Assembly: GCA_049724395.1 (NCBI GenBank)
Contig: JAUGWO010000064.1
Coordinates: 62,001-126,000 of the forward strand
DNA from: Spongospora subterranea f. sp. subterranea
Lineage: Eukaryota
Direction: 5' to 3'
DNA length: 64,000 nt
Positions 23,501 through 34,919 of this stretch are shown here, one piece after another. The notes under the pieces were generated by a model. It searched no databases, was not told the DNA's origin, and saw nothing but the letters and a program-made list of their open reading frames with translations. Position 1 is the stretch's first letter, and every line of letters begins with the position of its first letter. Both the position numbers and the translations under genes were made by a program.

Positions 23501-25511
23501 TGTTGATTTCTGGAGGTTTCGCTGAGGTTTTGAGTTCTGCAGTTGTGGAATCGCAATGGTCGGTCCCTCCATTCACTTTATCTGGACGAAATGGGTATCT
23601 GTACGGTCGTGGCGCGTCAGATAACAAAGGCCCATTGGCGGCCTTCATCTATGCAGTCAAGGTCGGGGGAGGGCTCTGTTTCCTTCACACACACACAAAC
23701 GCCAAACAATCGCACAGGAACTGATATCGGAGGACGGAGGCCTTCCATCGGATGTGGTCATGATATTCGACGGTGAAGGCGAAACGGATTCGTTCAAGGG
23801 CGGATTCTGTATCGCAGTGCAATCCGCAATGGGTGGGCAGAATTACACCGAATTTCCAACAAAAAACTTTGACCTGTTTTTTTTTGTTCTTTGGTTTTAG
23901 TTTTTTTTGAGCGATTATCTACCACAAGTCCACTGGTTCATTTATGGCCATTAGAATGGTTAGCGAATCCGACGGTCGTGGTGCTGGCCAATACAGTGTG
24001 GTCTGGTCAGGTCCGCCCATGTCTAAAGTACGTTCGGTTGTTGTTTCCGGCTAAACCCGCCGATCGTCTGATCAGACAATGCGTTCAGCTATGGGACGCG
24101 AGGAATCGTGTCGATGACTCTAGAGATTGGCGGATTATCACAAGATTTGCATTCCGGTAAAATCTGGGTTTTTCTGGATGGATCGCGCAAGGCTGATGTC
24201 GTGGTTCAGGCGTCCACGGGGGAGCGTTTCACGAGCCGTTAACCGACGCCATTCACGTTCTTTCCACATTGATTGACCGTGACGGTAACGTGCTGATCGA
24301 CGGGTTCTACGATGGCGTTGACGAGATCTCGCCCCTGGAAGAAAGCTATTACGCGGAAACTGATTTCGACATCGACGCTTATAGAGAGGAAACTGGGATC
24401 GGAAAGCTCAGATTCAACGGTTTGAGCAATTATATGGCGTGTTCATGTTCCGATTTCAAATCCGTCGGGTGTTAGATGTGACGTCGATCCTGCAATGCCG
24501 TTGGAGACGGCCAACACTGAGTATCCATTCGGTTGAGAATCTGCACAAGAACAGGGAACAATCAGGATCGATCATCAGCAGCTCTGTCAAAGCCAGCGTA
24601 TCGATGCGAACAACGCCGAATCAAAAATCGTCCCAGGTACGGTGAAGTTCTTCCACGACGGTTGTCGTGTTCGTTGATGGGTTAAGTCTACGACATTCTC
24701 TTATCCCGATGATGAATCGTCAGATCGCGAAGCTGTTTACCGCCCACGTCACGAAGGAATTCAATCGCTTGGAATCCAGTAATACGTTGTCGGTTAAGAC
24801 AGCTCGTGAAGCGGATTGGTGGATTGGCGATCCAGAATGCGCCGGGTTTGCAACGATTGTACGCCGCAAACCGTCGTCGTGCTGAATCTCATCGATTAGG
24901 TTCAAAGCCGCTGTGGCGGCGATCGCCGAAGTTTGGGGTGTCTCGCCATTATTTATTCGGGAAGGAGGTTGGCGCCTTTTTTGACCTGATGCCACGATCA
25001 ACCTAATCACAAAACTTCAGGCACCTTGGCCACGATTCGATTTCTGGAAGACGTTCTTGCCGCTCCAGCTGTACATTTTGCATTCGGCCAGGCGTCAGAT
25101 CAGGTCTCAAACGACACCGATTTTGATTCCTCTCTTTGAACGTTTGTTATCTTTGTTTAAAAGTTTTCTTTCTAACCTTTTTTGGGTGCTTTTTTTCGAA
25201 ATTATTTCGTTTACTTCAAAGACGACTGTTCTGTTTTGATATCGGTTCGACCTGATGGCGTCACACGATGAGGGATTTAGTGGTTGTCGTAGTCGCACTT
25301 GGAGGATGAGCGAATTAGGATCAAGAACCTGTTGAATGGGCGCGATGTCTTCAAGGCGTTCATCCGCAAAATCGGTTCCGAATCGAAATCAAATCTCGGG
25401 GTTGCCGGCTCGTCGACGCGAACCCCGGGCGATCCCCATTGCTTGCCGCTTCGTCTGCCCAGTGATACGACGTTTTCCAACAATTTACCTACTGATTCAG
25501 CAGCTGAATAA
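20572..25511 (+). CDS. Dug2-like protein: WD40 repeats + SAM domain + M20A peptidase-like domain (many introns)
   Basis: WD40: LFSGDQDGLIIVW, ARDNTIRIWN, LFTGSGDFTIGVWN, GHTDSVTSL. SAM: YADLFAKHE/IDLEALLLLNDQDLEQVGIPLGTRRK. M20: VVFYAHYDV, WSVPPFTLSGRNGYLYGRGASDNKGP, DLHSG/VHGG, RWRRPTLSIH, IREGG, HLEDERIRIKNL. Confidence 0.88.
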
Positions 25512-26282
25512 ATTTCTTTACATGCGATAGAAGAGAGCGTCGTGGTTTCCCCCATTTATTCGTTAGATTCTGTGAAAGCGGTATTTGTCGCGATACATTG
25601 CCATCCCAATTGCCTATTTGACCTGAGCTTTCATACTGCAAAGCAGCCAAGGGGAAAGGGCACTTCAAATATATGCCCTTGTGGACTGGCGGAGAACGCG
25701 ACGAGTAGAACCGTACATTCAAAGGGTTTGTGAAATTTGGAAGAGCTAACGCCATCAGTTTTTTTAACCGAGTCAACGCCAGGGCAAATTCTGATGAATT
25801 TGGATACACGAAATAGTGCCGGACGAACTTTAACTGCCAGATATTGTTTGACGAATACACCAGAAGAATAGCTTGTCATTTCAAAGTGTCAAATCAGTTC
25901 GTAACGAACTGTGGTCGGTCGAAATCAGATCGCTCGCACAAGTCCTTGGTCGGCGCAACGAACGAAGAACATGAACGGTAAGAATTTCGGGGAATCTGGG
26001 TCCCATCCTTGTTTCGCATCGGTCTACGCGATCGATCTAGATCTTTTGTCCTGCGCCGCGGTCAATAAGGAGGAACGCCGATATGAATCGAAGTCAAAGC
26101 CAATGTCTTCGTCGCCCCGGCGCTCTCCTTCCAATTGAGGTCCGAACCGTTAAATGTGGGCGGTCGGTCCACTGATTTTTGTGACCCCTGACCGGTTTAG
26201 GCGAAACCGAACGTGTGCTGGCACTGTAGCCAACCTGTCAAACAGCCCAACACATGGCGATCGAGAACCGTAATTCAGCGCC

Positions 26283-28298
26283 ATGCTGTACAAAGAACGG
26301 CAACTTTGTCTAATCCGCACGACTGCAGGCATCGGTCGTAGCGCCAGATCGCCGACCGCCATCGAGACCTTCCGGCGATCTGCGATTGCCGAACGAGACC
26401 CGAAGTCAGGATCGTTGTTTGTGTTATTTTTTTTGGATTCGCCGTGATTCTGATTGCAGAAACGTTCTTGGAGGTCGAGGTCGCCGCGAACGATTTGTGC
26501 CAGAGCCTGATCAGTGCCGCAGGGATGGCGAAGTTCCGCTCCGTCGACAAACTTGTTCACATCGACGAAAACGCCCAGGTCAGAGAACAATGTCTTCGCT
26601 TCCGGTTGAGGTTAATTTTCAGCGGCAACGTTGAATTTTCTGCTCGTAGAATCTGTTCACCGTATTGGCGAAATTCGCCAACGTCATGAGGGAGTCGCTG
26701 GCGAATGCGAACGTATTGTCGGAAACCAGTAAGCAAATGCAGGCGGAGTTGGCCAGCCTGAAGGCCCGGTTCACGCAATCCGATTTCGAGGGGTTCGCAG
26801 ATTCGACCCAGATCGACAGCGACATCGCCTCGTTACGCCAGCAGATCCGGTCCATGGAGCCCAAACGGGCTGTCGATCGACCTCTGTGAGAGGCCAAAAC
26901 CTGCGTTGATACAATGCTAAAGTGTTTGGTTGACCGTTCAGACTGAAATTTTTACTTCATTTCAAATTCCAAATTTGCTGAGATTTAAGTATTGACCAAT
27001 CACTTTTGCTTTAGGTGGGTTTCGGAACTGCCGTCTGCTCAAGCGCCCATCGCCATGAAACTGCAGCTTCAGTCGGAATTGCTGTTTATCATGAAAAGGT
27101 ACTAAAAGTCGAGGGAGTTGAGTGTGTTGGTCGGCGATCCCGACCCCCGATCCCCTGTTTGGTGCCAGGCGGATGGTGGAATATCAGCTGGCACAGTCGT
27201 CGCTGGCACCGCTTATTGACCAGTTCGGATCGATCGACAACGTGAAAGCGAAGATGGAGCGACTGGAGTCCGAAAACGCTTGTCTAAGGCTACGGTCAGT
27301 CCCGGTCCTCCCCCGACGTTTTGTGTTTGTGAACCCAATAATGGTGAACCACATAGAGAAGTGAGGTTCGCTCACGATCCGCTATTGAAGCGACGTCCAT
27401 TAAAATCACTACCGGTCTTATTCCTAAGGTGTCTAGTGACCGCTCTACAAAACGAGCTATCTTCGGCCAACGCCATCCTAGACCAGGTCAGTTGTTTTCA
27501 AAATCCTGCTCCACCAACGCTCGCCAGAACAATCAAATGGGTTATTCGTTCTGCGGTGCGTTGAGAGATCGGGTCCCTGCACATGTCCTGATGTAGGCTC
27601 TTGTAGCTGATCGATTCCCATTTGGTGACGCAGGTCCGACTCCCGACCCATCCCTTATCGATAAAGGATCTACCCGGACCCCCGACAGGATTCGATGTCG
27701 ATCAGCTATACGCCAGCGTGGTCGGATTGTCATCCACTTTCGCCCAGTATCTGTCGCCGGTAACAGTTCACGTTACGACATCTGGCCCCCGCCTAACGTT
27801 ACGCGGCAATCGTTCGGGTGTTGCGTTACTGGAACGTAGCAACATCGTGACGGTTGTCGAATAGTTTACCAACGTCTACGGTTGATCGTGGGTTGGAGAT
27901 CTGACGGTTGATTAGGTGACGGTGCATGCCGACCAGGTAGACGAGCGTTGTCAGGGGCGGCTAGCGTCGTTAACTGTACAGAGCGAGCTGGATATCGAGT
28001 CGAAATTGCAAGCACTGTTGAATCGTTTACGCTCGTCCTACGCTGAGGTATCATATATGCAGATATCGGATCGTTCTGATCGCGAGTTTAGGATATTGTT
28101 CGAGGCAAAGAAGGACTGGGTTCCTCACTAGAATGTGAGATCGGTCCGATCCTGCAACATCTCGATTTGGCTGTGGATGCATTGCGACGTTCATTTGACA
28201 CGATTGAAGCTTTACACGATCTATGTCGTAATCTCGGTAGGATGCCCATCAACGTGCCGAAAACAATTCACGAAATGCATCTGCAGGAGATCGTTTGA
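26283..28298 (+). CDS. Hypothetical coiled-coil protein (multi-exon, start uncertain)
   Basis: Successive helical exons bounded by GT/AG (MQAELASLKARF...DIASLRQQIRSM; KAKMERLESENACLRLR; ESKLQALLNRLRSSYAE). No family recognised. Confidence 0.55.
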
Positions 28299-28435
28299 CA
28301 AACTACCGGCAACGCAATCTCCAGCTAAACAGTTGCCTGGCATATTTGACTTCCAAATCAAATCCTGACGTAATTTATCCAGAAGGTGGTGCCTGATTCA
28401 AAACCATTATGTATAATAGAGAAAACATGATTCAT

Positions 28436-30032
28436 TTAACTGATATTGAGTGATGTCAAAATGGCTTTGATATTATTTGGAGTTTGCACTGGATGATATC
28501 CGGGAGGTAATCGGGCTGTGAACGATGGATAGCGAATATTGAGTGGCAGACTATGATTCCCGCGAACCGCACGAACCAACCCATGGTCCTGCTCGAAAAA
28601 AAGTTTACAATCACGCTCAAATTTTTGTACAATGATAACGATCGAACCTGTTGCTTCGTTAGCCCGTTCAAGAGCGCGTGACAGACATTATATGGGTTGG
28701 AGCTGCCGATGACTTTACAGGTCACATCCCGGATTCCGAATAGCTCCATGAAACACCTAATTAGTTTACTGCACCGTAGTCCACGACCAGGAGGCACCGC
28801 CTGAATCAGGACCGTCGTTGCGCCATGTTTTCCTGCAAATAGCGTGAGTAACCTCGAAAACAAATCGTTCATAAGCGAACAAACCTTCAACATCGTGGAA
28901 TAAAGACTCCTCATAGAGTCGAGGGACGAACACCATGCGTTTGGCGGCTTTTCGGGACGCCTTCCGTGTTGCCTCTTCGCTGGTTGGTCCACGGCCGATG
29001 GCGAAACCAGCCAGGCCGTTGCCGTTCCCGGCCGCTACTAAGGATGATATACTCATTACGCGACCACTTTTGGTGACCTAATGGATTGTCGTTAGTCAGA
29101 ACATGGTGAGATCAGGAACTTTGTCGACAGACTTTGGTCCTCCTATCTACAGATAATATCGCGTACGATATATCAGGGTTAGGCTTCTCCTCATCTGGAT
29201 CATGGAATTTGAACACCCTGAACGATGAGTCAAATATGCCTGGCCGCAACTCAGCAGGCTCTTCCAGCTCGGCTCCAGGCCCTGTAATCGCATCGTTAAA
29301 TGGAGATCCACAGAATTATAGAAATCAAATGCACAAATACGATAGTGAAGCGAAAGAATCAACAGACACCAAGGGTGCTGGTCTTACAGAAATTATTGTC
29401 AAGATCCGCGCTTCCCCAAACGTCGCCGCCTTCATCAAAATCCATGGCTATAAGAATGGAATAAGGTCAACATGTAGCAAATGCAAAATGGTGGATTGGG
29501 TACGAGGGATGGGAGGTCGGCGTCCACCCAACATATCCGGCAGCTTGTCGACGTATTTCCTCATCACCGTCTGATATGCGGCTTCGCTCAGGCTTTGGAA
29601 CTCAGTAAAGTCCTTGAGTTCGACATTCCCTTCCTCGCTGCAAAAAGATGATTCATGGAGGACAACAGGAAACCGAGAACATTGTTACTCTGGAGTCGCA
29701 TTTTCGTTTTTCATGGCCATTTCGATCAGGTCTTTGTCAATTGCGGCGTCCGTTTCACGAATCCAGTCAGTTGAGGGAGGATCTGCCGGTTTGACGCTGA
29801 GATCGTGATCTTGTAACTGATCAGGATCGATTGGTTCGGTGCATAGAGCCTTGTCGAACGCATCCATAGATGAGATGGGATCATCGTCGTCATAAACCTG
29901 TTAGAAACGTCTGATCAAAACGGGGAACATGTGCCCGTACTGTATCCTTACTGGGCTTGATTTCGAATTCGATAGAAAACGGGCTATCGGACGAGCTCGT
30001 GGCAGTCGAGAGCATAGCCGAGATAGCGCCAT
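28436..30032 (-). CDS. MRPS5: Mitochondrial ribosomal protein uS5m (multi-exon)
   Basis: Arg/Ser-rich presequence MALSRLCSRLPRARPIARFLSNSKSSP. S5 domains VTKSGRVMSISSLVAAGNGNGLAGFAIGRG...FHDVEG/KHGATTVLIQAVPPGRGLRC...MELFGIRDVTCKVIGSSNPYNV. Confidence 0.9.
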
Positions 30033-30597
30033 CTCGGATGGATAACCGGCAGTGCAACTGCAGCAGCGGGGTACTGTACCCTATCTGTGTTGGGGCTGCG
30101 CCGCACATTCCCACAACCCATTATGTTACAGTCAGTGAGAGGAGTGAGTGATCACGCCCACTGTACGGTGTACGGTGTACAGTGGTGTGTTGGACTGCAG
30201 ACTCGTCCGACCGACGAAGCAGAGACTGCAATACGTACTGAGTTTTGGGACTAAAAGAAGAAGAGAATACATGTAAATGAAAGTTCCCCAACCTCCGTTG
30301 AAATAGACAAAAAAAGGGTGATGATCCCCACATCTCTGCTTAAACGTAAAAATTACGATGAGCCCATTTTTTCTTATTTTAGCTTGCTTCGCTTGCCCTC
30401 CGAACTTTGACATGAAAATATCGAGAACTTCTCTGCCGGCATAAAATGACATACCGAAGTATTAAATCAAGGGCAGGAAAAGTTCTCGGTTTTTTTGAGA
30501 GCAACCTATTTGTTTGAAAATTGTTATCGTCCGAACTAGTTTAATGAATCCTTTTGAAAACAAGGTGGTGTGAGATGATACTGGGTGTTGAAGTGCT
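30033..30597. promoter_or_regulatory. Intergenic, probably bidirectional promoter between uS5m (-) and gene X (+)
   Basis: Head-to-head arrangement. The whole segment is carried in each array unit. Confidence 0.45.
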
Positions 30598-31324
30598 ATG
30601 ATGGCTGTGAGGTTTAGATCCTGGCTCAATAATGGTCTGGACTATCTCTGTGGCCCTGATATGACGATCTGTACACGGTTAATCAATGTCGCAAACTCTC
30701 ATTTTCCTGAGGGTCGATCCACGGGACCCATTTTCGATCAAAAGAATCCACTCACCCCAGTAGACGAACTCGGTCACGTTCACTGGCCAATCCGAATGGA
30801 AAATCCAACCCTCAGGCCAATCACCCAACTGGTCCAAATCTCTCCGTGTTTCTCATCCAATTGAACCGATTGCACAAATCCCTGGCGATTTCCCCTTCTA
30901 ATACTGTATTCGACCTCCCTGCAACAATGTCTGGTTCCTGGGTTGTTCAGAATATCGACTGAGTCGGTCCCATCATATAGACTCAATCAACACGAGTTGC
31001 TGCAAGTTTTCGACAAGTGTCCAGGCCAACTTCGGAACTGGCGCTGCCAATACCCAACAAACTAGTTTGTAGAAATTCGACCCCCTTCTTCGTCTCATGG
31101 CGGTTTGATGACAGGATGTTGTCGTTGCTGTGTACCGCCGATAAACTCTGTCGCATTACCGCCACCGCTTCCGCCTGTCTCAGGAACCGTCCATTTCAAC
31201 GCCCTCAATCATAAGAAATCGGATGGGTTGAACCAGACCCTATATTGAATCAGTGTTGGCGGGTGACTGTGAAAACGGCCGTTTCTCAGACCTATCAACG
31301 GAACACTTTGCGCGAATCGGCAAT
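30598..31324 (+). pseudogene. 5' half of unknown gene X (native orientation, internal deletions)
   Basis: Reverse complement of the X 5' part in the array units (MMAVRFRSWLNNG..., SRPTSELALP...). Ends at gaatcggca. Confidence 0.7.
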
Positions 31325-33750
31325 CCGCATATCAGACGGTGATGAGGAAGTACGTCGACAAGCTCCCGGATATGTTGGGTGGACGCCGACCTCCCATCCC
31401 TCGTACGCCAATCCACCATTTTACATTCGCTTCACGTTGACCTTATTCCGTTCGGCTGGATTGTCTTTCAGTGGGTGGCCTGGACATGTCAAAGACGAGG
31501 AATAGCTCCTCGGAGTGGGCCTCGTCATTACTGATTTCGGTTCAATTTTATCGGCTGTTTCACTTGTGTGGAATTTGTTTGGGTCTAGAAATGGCCAAGC
31601 TTTTTGAAAACAGAGGACTATAATACAACTAACGACCAAAATTTAACAACCTAATACGTGACCAGTATGTTTACTCAGTTAACATTCATTTGATTTTCAT
31701 AATCTCTATTCATTCATTGAATCTGAGCGTTTCTGCCAATGACGGGGATTTGGCATTCGATAGTCGATATGATGCACATATCTGCTGATGACGTTGAGAC
31801 CTATAAACCGCTTATGACTCTCTTGATCCGCCACATCACATCGGGCATTTGTCCATAAGTCGTCGATTTTGATGAATTTTCTTACGGTCAATCGCCAAAC
31901 GAACCCATTGTTGGTTTCGTAATTGATAAATTCTGGGCGGTTATTGTGTGCGGTGACGTCCGAAAGCAGAACCGTACAATCTGATGCGCCGTCGTCGACA
32001 TAAAACTTGTTGAATTCATCATCTGCGATCTGTTATCGACGAGTCTGGGTACGATTGTTGTCATCAAAGAACTCTCGTCTGCATTACCGACGGCAGTATC
32101 TGAGAAGAATCACCCGGGAATCGGACGGATTTCGCCGCCGTTGATGAACTTTTTGTAAAACCCGGCTTCGAGAAAGGCAAATTCGATCGGGAAATATCCT
32201 CTTGCACTACCGATCGGATCCAGCAGCTCGAGCTGATCCTCTGATGTGCCGAGAAACATCAGCCCGGAAGAATGAAAACTGATCAATGTGCCTTCTTGCA
32301 GTCGCGTATCTACACTCGGCCGCACGAACGCATACCACAGATCAAGGGCGGAGAAGAACTGCTTTAACAATGGATGGGCGCGCAAGGTCTTGTCGTCGGC
32401 TGGTACCGGACCTGGGCCGCCTTTTTCCAAAAGGCCCTGGTTAACCGCCGCCTTGAAAGATTCTACGTCAACGTCGACGGCGCTCGGGATTGCAGGAGAC
32501 CATGATTTGACGTTGTCGAACGTCAGGACAAAGAGGTCGTTGGCCTCATTGTTCATGTTGAAATGCCGATTCGCGAAAAGTCTCTGCCGTTGATAGGCCC
32601 GAGAAACGGCCGAAAGAATCCTGACCATTGTGTGATCAAACTCATAGAACCGCTCATTTTCACGGTCACTGGTTGGCACAGGAACGTCTAAACCCGCCGA
32701 CACTGATTCAATACAGGGTGTAGTTCAACCCATCCGAGTACAACTGGATTGACCAGCTCGAGGACCCTTATGGACCAAAAGCAAACAACACCAACTTTTT
32801 CACATTGAAAAACACCTTCGGTTGCCAGTTTTGTCCAAAATCAATATGATTTTTACGCTTTTAGAGCATTTCGCGCTCTCTGTTTCCTAGTCGTAGATCC
32901 TGCATGGCGAGCGGCGACCGATGCTTAGAACACCTTTGGAGCTAAAGAAATCATCGCACGATTTCTTATGATTGAGGGCGTTGAAATGGACGGTTCCTGA
33001 GACAGGCGGAAGCGGTGGCGGTAATGCGACAGAGTTTATCGGCGGTACACAGCAACGACAACATCCTGTCATCAAACCGCCATGAGACGAAGAAGGGGGT
33101 CGAATTTCTACAAACTAGTTTGTTGGGTATTGGCAGCGCCAGTTCCGAAGTTGGCCTGGACACTTGTCGAGAACTTGCAGGAACTCGTGTTGATTGAGTC
33201 TATATGATGGGACCGACTCAGTCGATATTCTGAACAACAAAGGAAACAGACATTGTTGCAAAAGGCCCAGGAACCAGACATTGTTGCAGGGAGGTCGAAT
33301 ACAGTATTAAAAGGGGGAATCGCCAGAGACTTGTGCAATCGGTTCAATTGGATGAGAAACACGGAGAGATTTGGACCAGGTGGGTGAATGGCCTGAGGAT
33401 TGTCGCCATTTGAAGTGCATGGGATTTTCCATTCGAATTGACCAGTGAACGGGACCGAATTCATCTACTGGGGTGAGTGGATTCGTTGGATCGAATATGG
33501 GTCCCGTGGATCGACCCTCAGGAAAAATGAGAGTTGGCGACATTGATTAATCTTGTACTGATCGTCATCTCAGGGTCACAGACATAGTCCAGACCATTAT
33601 TGAGCCAGGATCTAAACCTCACAGCCATCATAGCACTTTAACTCTCAGTATCATCTCACACCACCTTGTTTTCAAAAGGATTCATTTTAGTTCGTACCGA
33701 TAACAATTTTCAAACAAAATAGGTTGCATCCAAAAACCGAGAACTTTCTT
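31325..33750 (-). repeat. First inverted copy of the uS5m-fragment/gene X unit (pseudogenic)
   Basis: Starts with an inverted uS5m exon piece (ccgcatatcagacgg), then the X 3' flank and X on the minus strand (ORFs 32110-32703, 32966-33163), then part of the promoter. Confidence 0.9.
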
Positions 33751-34699
33751 GCGACCCAGAGTGGTGAGCTTGCTGTTGATAATAGCCATTTGAACAGGGT
33801 ATCGACCATTATAAGTATAGAATACTGTTGTGGTTCAACTAAAGAGTTGACCTGTTCGAGGAACTTGGGCGAATTGTACCACCATTTTTAGAATGTTGAA
33901 AAAGAACCTTGGATTCCAGTGATGCCGTTTCGAAGCAAAACCGATTCCAGTCAATGGCTGTCTGATTTGTAAAGGACCCACTGGGTTCAGATCTTACCCA
34001 AGGCGACGGCAAAAGAGCGAAAAGATGACCTAGGTATGTTCCGCTCCGAACGCGACAAGTTGTTAAATTCCAGCAAACGGCACATGGACAGTTCTGACAT
34101 TCCACTCGAAAAAAAAAGCAACAGTCAGTATATTTTCTAAACTTGAGGTTTACGAGGATGTGGGTCAACAAATTGTATTCTAATGCACTGGTGCAACTAC
34201 CACTTGGTCAGGCAATGCAATCTCTATTTGTGAAATCTGGCTGCTCAGACCCTGGGAATCGTGAATTATTGCCATGGGTTGCTCCCCCAAAGTATCCGCA
34301 TCGGGATTCAATAACGTTGATGCATCCCAACACTGCTGCTCGAATTGAAAATGCCGGCGAGCCCATTTTGTTCTTATTTCAGCTTCATCGGTTAATCACC
34401 GCAATAAAGAAATTGATATCTGCAAAATTGTCGGCCTCGTAACAAATTGCATTCCTAGCCCTCCAATGGTTGCTAAGAAAAAACCGAAAACTTTCTGGCC
34501 CTTGATTCATACTTCGGTATGTCATTTTATGCCCGCAGCGAAGTTCTCGATATTTTTATGTCAACCTTCGGAGGGCAAGCGAAGCAAGCTGAATAACAAG
34601 AAATGGGCTCGTCGTCATTTTTACGTTTGAGCAGAAGTGTCGGGATCACCCTTTTCTGTCTATTTCAACGGGGGTTGGGGAACTTCACTTACATATGTT

Positions 34700-34915
34700 A
34701 GTCTCGAAAACCACATCTGGGCTCAGTTCGCGTTTTCGGCTGTGATGCGTGGATGTTACATTCCTCCAGCAACTAGATCAGCGCAAGATCCACATGCACA
34801 ACGGGTTGTATTCATCGGTCATTGTCCAAACAAGCGAGCATTTCGCCTCTGGGCTCCGGTAGGTCAACGTGATTTGTCTAGCAAAACTATAACTTTTAAC
34901 GAAGAATCAATTTAC
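34700..34915 (+). mobile_element. Ty1/Copia-like pol fragment (post-integrase SH3-like segment)
   Basis: VMRGCYIPPATRSAQDPHAQRVVFIGHCPNKRAFRLWAPVGQRDLSSKTITFNEES matches the Copia C.F.GY....K.YRL........SRDV.FDE pattern. Confidence 0.7.
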
Positions 34916-34919
34916 TATA

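Noticed and set aside
25489..26150. Minus-strand gene overlapping the Dug2-like 3' end
   Set aside because: The 123-aa ORF has no clear start or recognisable motif; unsupported.
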